DNA from: an uncultured Thermoanaerobaculia bacterium
GTDB taxonomy: Bacteria > Acidobacteriota > Thermoanaerobaculia > Multivoradales > JAGPDF01
Reading direction: 5' to 3'
NCBI GenBank assembly: GCA_964595975.1
Contig: CAZQTL010000001.1
Span: 3,164 to 67,163 of the forward strand
DNA length: 64,000 nucleotides
In this document: positions 58,067 to 64,000 of the stretch, piece by piece
Layout: each line of letters starts with the position of its first letter
Numbering within the stretch: position 1 is the stretch's first letter
Notes under the pieces: generated by a model
Database searches by the model: none
What the model was told of the DNA's origin: nothing
The model's input: only the letters and a program-made list of their open reading frames with translations
Translations under genes and position numbers: made by a program

Positions 58067-59286
58067 CCATGAACGTGCTGATGCTGTCGCCGGGATATCC
58101 GGCCGAGATGCCCTACTTCACCCGCGGGTTGTCGCTCGTCGGGGCGAAGGTGATCGGGCTCGGCGACCAGCCGAAGGAGATGCTTCCTCCGGTCGCCCGC
58201 GAGCACGTCGCGCATCATCTGCAGGTGCGCTCGCTCTGGGACGAAGCGGCGGTCGTGCAAGAAGTGCAGCGGCTGGCCCGCCAGATCCGCATCGACCGCG
58301 TCGAGTGCCTGTGGGAACCCGGGATGATCCTCGCCGCGAAACTCCGGGAAGCGCTGGAGCTCCCCGGCATGACGGTCGCCCAGACCATCCCGTTCCGCGA
58401 CAAGGAGATCATGAAGCAGCGCCTGGACGCGGCCGGCATCCGGACTCCGCGCCATTTTCGCGCCAACACCGAGGATCAGGTGCGCGACGCCGCGGAGCGC
58501 ATCGGCTATCCGGTCATCGTCAAACCGATCGCCGGCGCCGGCTCCGCCGACACGCACCGCTGCGACTCGCGGGCCGAGCTCGAACGCGCCCTGAAGCTGT
58601 CGAAGCACGTCCAGGAGGTCTCGGTCGAGGAGTTCATCGAAGCGGAGGAGTTCACCTTCGACACCATCTGCGCCGGCGGCAGGATGTACTTCGAGAACAT
58701 CTGCTGGTACCGCCCGCGGCCCCTCATCCAGCGCCAGAACGAGTGGATCAGCCCGCAGACCGTCTGCCTGCGCGAGCTTGACGTGCCCGATCTCGCCGGC
58801 GGGCGGAAGATGGGGCGGGAGGTCCTCGCGGCGCTCGGCTTCGAGACCGGCTTCACCCACATGGAGTGGTACCGGAAGGCCGACGGCGAAGTCGTCTTCG
58901 GCGAGATCGGCGGCCGTCCGCCGGGGGCGCGCACGGTCGACATCATGAACTACTGCACCGACAACGACACCTACGTCGGGTGGGCGGAGGCCGCCTGCCT
59001 CGGACGGGTCGAACGCCGCTTCGAGCGCAAGTGGAACGTGGTGATCACCTTCAAGCGCGCCCGCGGCGAGGGCCGCATCCAGCGCGTGGCCGGCCTGGAG
59101 AAGTTGCTCGCCGAGTTCGGCCGCTATGTCGTCGAAGTCGACCTGACTCCGATCGGGGCGCAGCGCCGCAACTGGAAGCAGACCCTGATCGGCGACGGCT
59201 ACATCGTCGTGCGGCACCCCGACCTCTCGACCGCCCTGCACATGGGCGAGCGCATGGCGCAGGACGTTCAGCTCTTCGCCGGCTGA
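58063..59286 (+). CDS. ATP-grasp domain protein, paralogue 3 of 3 (close to paralogue 1)
   Basis: The ATG at 58063 overlaps the previous stop (ATGA). The protein is colinear with paralogue 1 throughout (e.g. DRVECLWEPGMILAAKLREAL, RLDAAGIRTPRH, RRNWKQTLIGDGYIVVRHPDL). Confidence 0.75.
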   Translation: MTMNVLMLSPGYPAEMPYFTRGLSLVGAKVIGLGDQPKEMLPPVAREHVAHHLQVRSLWDEAAVVQEVQRLARQIRIDRVECLWEPGMILAAKLREALELPGMTVAQTIPFRDKEIMKQRLDAAGIRTPRHFRANTEDQVRDAAERIGYPVIVKPIAGAGSADTHRCDSRAELERALKLSKHVQEVSVEEFIEAEEFTFDTICAGGRMYFENICWYRPRPLIQRQNEWISPQTVCLRELDVPDLAGGRKMGREVLAALGFETGFTHMEWYRKADGEVVFGEIGGRPPGARTVDIMNYCTDNDTYVGWAEAACLGRVERRFERKWNVVITFKRARGEGRIQRVAGLEKLLAEFGRYVVEVDLTPIGAQRRNWKQTLIGDGYIVVRHPDLSTALHMGERMAQDVQLFAG

Positions 59287-59334
59287 GCGGCGACCTCCAG
59301 GGACCGTCGAACGCCGACTCGACACGGGACAGCC

Positions 59335-60954
59335 ATGGCCAAGACCGTTCTCTTCTCGCGCCTGCAGCGCCTGTTCGCCCTCTCCCGCGCCGCGCATCGC
59401 ACCGGCGTTCCGCCGCGCGAGGCGCTCGATCGCGCCCGCTCTGGCCCGACCCGTCGCGAGCTCGTCGCCGGTGCGACCGTCGTCGGCGCCGGCCTCGCGC
59501 TCGGTTGCGACCGCGTGCGCTCGCTGCTGCCGCGCAAGCTCGGCGGCGCGGCCCGCGAGGTGGCCATCGTCGGCGGTGGCATCGCCGGACTCACCTGCGC
59601 CTGGCGGTTGACGCAGGCGGGAGTGGCCGCGCGGATCTACGAAGCGCAGGACCGCATCGGCGGCCGGATGTGGTCGCTCACCGGCGCCTTCCCGGAGGGG
59701 CAGGTGTGCGAGCTCGGCGGCGAGCTGATCGACACCGGCCACGAGCGGATTCGCGCCCTGGCGGCGGAGCTCGGCCTCGAGCTCGACGACCTGTCGCTCT
59801 ACGAGTCCGGCCTGGCGAGGGATCTCTTCTGGTTCGACGGCCGGCAGTACGGCGACGCCGAGGTCGTCGAGGCCTTCACGCCGATCGCCGGGCGGATCGA
59901 TGCCGCCTGGGAGGCGATCACCGGCGAGACGGTCTCCTATCGCGAGCCGAATGGCGGCGAGACGATCGACAACCAGTCGATCGCCGAGTGGCTCGATGAA
60001 GCCGGGTGCACCGGCTGGTTTCGCAAGCTCCTCGATGTCGCCTACACCACGGAGTACGGCCTCGAGATCGGCGACCAGTCGGCGTGGAACCTGCTGATGA
60101 TGATCGACACCGAGCCCGATCCGTTCAAGGTGTTCGGCGACAGCGACGAGCGCTTCCACGTGCGCGGCGGCAACGACCTCATCCCGCGCCGTCTCGGCGA
60201 CCGCCTGGCCGGGCGGATCGAGACCGGCGTGCGCCTCGAGGCGGTGGCGGCGAAGAGCGACGGCTCCTACGTCCTGACGATGCGCCGCGGGGCCTCGACA
60301 TCCGAGGTCGCCGCCGAGCACGTCGTGCTCGCCTTGCCGTTCACTCTGCTGCGCGACGTGCGGCTCGACCTCTCCTTGCCGGCGATCAAGCGCAAGGCGA
60401 TCGCGGAGCTGGGTTACGGTACCAACGCCAAGCTGATGGTCGGATTCTCCGACCGCGTCTGGCGGCAGCCGCGCGCCGGCGGCGGTGGGGTGTCGGGGCG
60501 CGCACCGGGCTCGAACGGCAGCGTGCTCACCGACCTGCCGTTCCAGCTCACCTGGGAGGCGACGCGAATGCAGCCCGGAAAGGCCGGGATCCTGGTCTGC
60601 TACACCGGCGGCGAGCGCGGCGTCGAGCTCGGGCAGGGCACGTCCGCCGCGCAGTCCGAACGCTTCGCTCGCGAGCTCGAGCGGGTCTTCCCAGGGGTTT
60701 CGGAGCGGCGGCTGGGCGAGGCCCGGTTCCACTGGCCGAGCTTCGAGTTCACCCGCGGCAGCTACGCCAGCTATCGCGTCGGCCAGTGGACGACGATCGG
60801 CGGTGCCGAAGGGGAGCGGGTGGGGAACCTGCATTTTGCCGGCGAGCACACCTCGGCCGACTTCCAGGGCTTCATGGAAGGCGGCTGCGAGTCCGGCGAG
60901 CGGGCGGCGCGGGAGATTCTCGGCGATCTCGGCATCACCCCGCCGGCGGCGTAA
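59335..60954 (+). CDS. Flavin-containing amine oxidase family protein with Tat-like signal and lipobox
   Basis: 539 aa. TRRELVAGATVVGAGLALGC combines a twin-arginine, a hydrophobic region and an L-A-L-G-C lipobox. The FAD dinucleotide fold is VAIVGGGIAGLTCAWRL...YEAQDRIGGR, and the C-terminal FAGEHTS motif is present. Confidence 0.75.
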   Translation: MAKTVLFSRLQRLFALSRAAHRTGVPPREALDRARSGPTRRELVAGATVVGAGLALGCDRVRSLLPRKLGGAAREVAIVGGGIAGLTCAWRLTQAGVAARIYEAQDRIGGRMWSLTGAFPEGQVCELGGELIDTGHERIRALAAELGLELDDLSLYESGLARDLFWFDGRQYGDAEVVEAFTPIAGRIDAAWEAITGETVSYREPNGGETIDNQSIAEWLDEAGCTGWFRKLLDVAYTTEYGLEIGDQSAWNLLMMIDTEPDPFKVFGDSDERFHVRGGNDLIPRRLGDRLAGRIETGVRLEAVAAKSDGSYVLTMRRGASTSEVAAEHVVLALPFTLLRDVRLDLSLPAIKRKAIAELGYGTNAKLMVGFSDRVWRQPRAGGGGVSGRAPGSNGSVLTDLPFQLTWEATRMQPGKAGILVCYTGGERGVELGQGTSAAQSERFARELERVFPGVSERRLGEARFHWPSFEFTRGSYASYRVGQWTTIGGAEGERVGNLHFAGEHTSADFQGFMEGGCESGERAAREILGDLGITPPAA

Positions 60955-61020
60955 ACCGCGTAGAATCCGACCCGTTCGCAATCGGGCGTGCGCAGGCAGG
61001 AGCGGAGGGCGGGTCGACCG

Positions 61021-61863
61021 ATGGGGCTCAAAGAGGTCCTGAGCAAGCTCAAGCTGGTGGAGGTCACGGAGCCCGCCGAACCCGAGCCCGGGCTGGGCGG
61101 CGCTGCCGCCTCGGGGCGCGCGCCGGCCGCTTCGCGGTCCGATCCGCCGGAGCTCGCGGAGCTGCTGCGCAATCTCCCGCCGCCGAAGCCGATCGACGAG
61201 GCGGCGCTGGCGAAGCGACGCCGCGAGGGAACGGCTCCGGCGCCGCAGCGTTCTGCCGGAGCGGCGCCAGCCGCCGAGCGTTCGGGCGCAGCTTCTGCTG
61301 TGGTCGAGGTCGGGAGCGGAGCTGCCGCTGCCGCGCAGACCTCCGACGACGAGCTCGAGCTACCCGACTTTCCAGAGGTCTACCGCGCCGCCGGCATCGG
61401 CGAGCCGCCGCACGGCTTCACCGCCTTCAAGATCCTCGAGATGCTGCAGAGTCCAGGCCTCGCCGAGCTCGCGCCGCAGGCCAAGGCGGCCGCCCTCGCC
61501 GGCTTCCTGAGGATGAACCCCGGCGGACCGGTGGCGATCGGCGAGGTCATCCAGGACGCCGTGCGTCGCGATCAGGCGCTCGACCGCTTCGAGCAGTTCC
61601 TGCAGGCCAAGCTCGCCGAGCGCCAGGCCGCGGCGGAGCGCGCCAACGCCCGGCTCCAGGCGGAGATCGACGCGCTCACCGAACGTCACCGGGCGACGAT
61701 GGCAGCGAACGTGCGCGCGGTTTCCGAGCTCACGGCGCGACTCGCCGAGTGGAGCGCCGCCAAACGCGTCGAAGAGCGCAAGCTCCAGTCCGCCGTCGCT
61801 CCGTTCGTGGACGGCAATCCGATCAGCACCGATTCCGCCGGCGGCACGAAGTCCGGCTCCTGA
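61021..61863 (+). CDS. Hypothetical protein, first gene of the PspA/IM30 operon
   Basis: The ATG at 61021 has GGAGGG 11 nt upstream. The protein has an amphipathic N-terminus (MGLKEVLSKLKLVEV), an Ala/Pro-rich linker, and a helical/coiled-coil C-terminal half (AERQAAAERANARLQAEIDALTERH). Confidence 0.55.
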   Translation: MGLKEVLSKLKLVEVTEPAEPEPGLGGAAASGRAPAASRSDPPELAELLRNLPPPKPIDEAALAKRRREGTAPAPQRSAGAAPAAERSGAASAVVEVGSGAAAAAQTSDDELELPDFPEVYRAAGIGEPPHGFTAFKILEMLQSPGLAELAPQAKAAALAGFLRMNPGGPVAIGEVIQDAVRRDQALDRFEQFLQAKLAERQAAAERANARLQAEIDALTERHRATMAANVRAVSELTARLAEWSAAKRVEERKLQSAVAPFVDGNPISTDSAGGTKSGS

Positions 61864-61874
61864 GGAGAACTTCA

Positions 61875-62633
61875 ATGTTCAGTCGTCTCGTCCGTGTGAT
61901 CAAGTCCTGGCTCGGCTTCTTCATCTCCTATGCCGAAGACCCCGAGGTCATGCTGCAGGAGTCGATCGAGGAGATGCGCAACACGCTGCCGAAGCTGAAT
62001 CAGATCCTGGTGACCACCCGCGCCACCGAGATTCGGCTCGAGCAGGACCTGTTGGAGGCCCAGCGCAAGGAGAAGTCGCTGGTTGCGTCCATCAAGACCG
62101 CTCTCGCCGACGGCAGTCCGGAAGCCCGGCGCCTGGCGGAGGACGACGCCTCTACGCTGCAACAGGTCCGCCTCGAAGTGCAGTCGACCACCGAGCAGCT
62201 CGAGGCGGCGAAGAACGCCTTCGAGAACGCCAAGCTGTCGGTCGACGACATCAAGGAGAAGCTGCGCCAGAAGATCGAGCAGGCGCGCAAGGCGATCGCC
62301 GAGTCGAAGAAGGCCGAGGTCATGCGCAGTGCCGCGAACGCCCTGGCCGAGCTCGACACCTACGGCACGGCGGCGACCACCGACAAGTATCTCGACCAGA
62401 TCCGTCAGAAGGTGGCGGAGTCGAAGGCCTCGGTCGAGGTCGCGACCGGTGGGCTCGACACCGAGCGCATCAAGCTCGAGCGCAAGTCGCGCCAGCTGCA
62501 GGCGCAGTCGATCCTCTCCGAGTTCGAGGTCGAGATGGGCATCAAGAAGCCCGACGCGGTCAAGGAGGCAGCGCCGTTCCCGGCCGAGAGCGCGAGCCAG
62601 GCCACCCCCCAGAAGCAGCCGGAGCGCGGCTAG
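61875..62633 (+). CDS. pspA: PspA/IM30 (Vipp1) family protein
   Basis: The ATG at 61875 is preceded by GAGGAG. MFSRLVRVIKSWLGFFISYAEDPEVMLQESIEEMRNTL matches the PspA N-terminal helix plus the AEDPEKML-type motif. The rest of the protein is long coiled coil. Confidence 0.85.
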   Translation: MFSRLVRVIKSWLGFFISYAEDPEVMLQESIEEMRNTLPKLNQILVTTRATEIRLEQDLLEAQRKEKSLVASIKTALADGSPEARRLAEDDASTLQQVRLEVQSTTEQLEAAKNAFENAKLSVDDIKEKLRQKIEQARKAIAESKKAEVMRSAANALAELDTYGTAATTDKYLDQIRQKVAESKASVEVATGGLDTERIKLERKSRQLQAQSILSEFEVEMGIKKPDAVKEAAPFPAESASQATPQKQPERG

Positions 62634-62645
62634 GGTCGCCAGCGT

Positions 62646-63515
62646 TTGAGCTTCCTCGAACGTCATCCCGCCCTGAAGAAGGCGGTCGCCAACCAGTACC
62701 AGGCGATCCTCGCCGCGGGCGCGATCGGGTTTTCCGCGGTCACCCTCTCGCCGCTGCCGCTGATGCTCTGGGCGGGGCTGCAGATGATGACGCTGCCGTT
62801 CCTCGTCGAGCGGCTCAAGCGACGCCTGGAGATCGAACGCAAGTTCGCCGCCCGCGAGGCCGTCGAGATGTCGCAGGACCAGCAGCTCGCCGCGCTGCCG
62901 GCGGCGGCGCGCAATCGCCTGCAGCGCGTGCAGCAGCTGTGCGAGCGCATCCAGTCGAATTACAAGGGACTGTCGCCCGCCAGCCAGGGGGTGATGGCCG
63001 ATCAGGCGGCGAAGTTCGACGCCGTGCTCGCCTCGTTCCTGCGCCGCCTCTGGCTGCTGCAGAAGTACGACGAGATGGCGGCGGCCTCGGACGACGGCCG
63101 GGTGCGCCAGGAGATCGAGCGCCTCGACCGCCAGCTTTCGACGGCGGAGCTCGCGCCGCGGGTTCGCGAGGCGCTCGAGAAGAACCTCGAGATTCAGCGC
63201 CAGCTCGTCCTGGCGGTGGAGAAGAACGAACAGAACAGCGCCGCCCTGGCGGCCGAGCTCGATTCCCTCGAGGCGCTGCTGCAGCTGCTGCTGCAGAAGT
63301 CGGTCGCCGCCACCGACGCCACGGCGTTCTCGGCCGAGATCGACGACGTGCTGGCGCAGGTCGAAGCCGACCACGCGTCGGTGGAGGAGATGGAGCGCAT
63401 GCTGGGCGCGCTGCCGCAGGTCGAAGAGCGCGAGCCGCTGGGGCCGCGGTTGCGCCTCCCGGTCCTGCCGCCGGTGCCGCCGCCTCCGCCGGAACGGTCG
63501 CGGAGCCGGCGATGA
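62646..63515 (+). CDS. Membrane-anchored coiled-coil protein (hypothetical), PspA operon
   Basis: 289 aa with a TTG start. It has an N-terminal hydrophobic hairpin (AILAAGAIGFSAVTLSPLPLMLWAGLQMMTLPFLV), about 200 aa of heptad-like helix, and a Pro-rich basic tail. Confidence 0.55.
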   Translation: MSFLERHPALKKAVANQYQAILAAGAIGFSAVTLSPLPLMLWAGLQMMTLPFLVERLKRRLEIERKFAAREAVEMSQDQQLAALPAAARNRLQRVQQLCERIQSNYKGLSPASQGVMADQAAKFDAVLASFLRRLWLLQKYDEMAAASDDGRVRQEIERLDRQLSTAELAPRVREALEKNLEIQRQLVLAVEKNEQNSAALAAELDSLEALLQLLLQKSVAATDATAFSAEIDDVLAQVEADHASVEEMERMLGALPQVEEREPLGPRLRLPVLPPVPPPPPERSRSRR

Positions 63516-64000
63516 GTGACGCGCCGGCCAAGGGCTTCTTCAGCAGCCTCCCCGGTTGGGCGGCGACGCTCGCCCGGACGGTGGCCGCGAAGCAGGCGAA
63601 CACCTTCGTGATCCACGGCCTGCCGGCCGATCTCATCCCGGTGCGGCAGGAGTCGGGGCTCTCCTTCCAGCTGCTCGACAACTTCCTGACCGAAGTGCTG
63701 TTCGCTTCCTGGCCCTCCCGCCTGACTTACAACCGCGCCGAGGGCCTGGGCTTCGCGACGCCGCAGGCGAAGCAGCATTTCATGGAGCGCCTGAAGGCCT
63801 ACGACGCGGTGCACGGCACTTCCTGGGGCGAGGCGCTGCCGCGCGACGCCGCCAACGCCTTCGCCCTGCTCGACTCGTATTTTCGCCATTGCGCGACCCT
63901 CGCACCCGCCCGGCCGGTGGTGCTCCTCCTGCCGTTCGCCGAAACGCTGGTCCCCAACGGCGAGGCGTCCTACCGCACGCCGGAGGATCGCGCCGTGCTG
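63512..64000 (+). CDS. Hypothetical protein, 5' part only (possibly the degenerate N-terminal domain of an ATPase); runs off the window
   Basis: The ATG at 63512 overlaps the previous stop (ATGA). The frame is open to 64000 (163 codons). No Walker A motif appears in the visible part. Strand-like segments TFVIHGLPADL and VVLLLPFAETL are present. Confidence 0.5.
   Translation, partial: MSDAPAKGFFSSLPGWAATLARTVAAKQANTFVIHGLPADLIPVRQESGLSFQLLDNFLTEVLFASWPSRLTYNRAEGLGFATPQAKQHFMERLKAYDAVHGTSWGEALPRDAANAFALLDSYFRHCATLAPARPVVLLLPFAETLVPNGEASYRTPEDRAVL

Noticed and set aside
55518-59334. A graspetide/microviridin-type RiPP cluster (ATP-grasp ligases acting on a small precursor peptide).
   Set aside because: No plausible short precursor ORF exists in the 91-bp upstream spacer, between the three genes (a 16-nt gap and a 4-nt overlap), or in the 48-bp downstream spacer. 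The idea is not excluded if the precursor is encoded elsewhere.

Overview
This is a very GC-rich bacterial chromosomal segment from a diderm organism: it encodes an outer-membrane barrel, a TonB-dependent receptor and an exosortase. I cannot assign a lineage from sequence alone. Coding density is high, and many neighbouring genes overlap by 4 nt (ATGA or GTGA).

Most of the window is housekeeping or catabolic:
- the 5' end of smc
- a ZnuA/ZnuB-like metal-uptake operon
- pyrR-pyrB-pyrC with suhB-like and M23 genes attached
- two Zn-dependent alcohol dehydrogenases
- pruA
- a TonB-dependent receptor
- a cluster of APC permease, M20 hydrolase, YfcC transporter, aminotransferase and aldehyde dehydrogenase
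- yebC
- a two-subunit CoA-transferase facing a TPP enzyme
- rhomboid, CAX, a PLP dehydratase and an S9 peptidase
- glgP with a GH57 branching enzyme and a DHH phosphoesterase

The parts worth a second look are:
1. A translationally coupled trio of paralogous ATP-grasp ligases, followed by a flavin amine oxidase that looks like an exported Tat lipoprotein (55.6-61.0 kb).
2. A PspA/IM30 (ESCRT-III-superfamily) operon with three uncharacterised partners, running off the window end (61.0-64.0 kb).
3. An unannotated ~120-aa four-cysteine C-terminal domain. It occurs twice in a 10-blade beta-propeller protein and once on a trypsin-like protease 15 kb away.
4. A visibly less GC-rich ~3.4 kb islet (34.7-38.2 kb). 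It carries a ParE/RelE toxin-antitoxin pair next to the 3' remnant of an erythromycin-esterase-like paralogue, plus a protein with a TIMP-like N-terminal domain fused to transmembrane helices.
5. A short exosortase and partner membrane protein that appear co-transcribed with a His/Cys-rich secreted protein, a porin-like barrel and ZnuA/ZnuB, with no ATPase gene.
6. A 460-bp intergenic region built from two long nested palindromes.

I found no rRNA, tRNA, CRISPR array, transposase or integrase. The many long Arg/Pro/Gly/Ala-rich ORFs in the six-frame track that lie antisense to, or out of frame with, recognisable genes were treated as GC-content artefacts.
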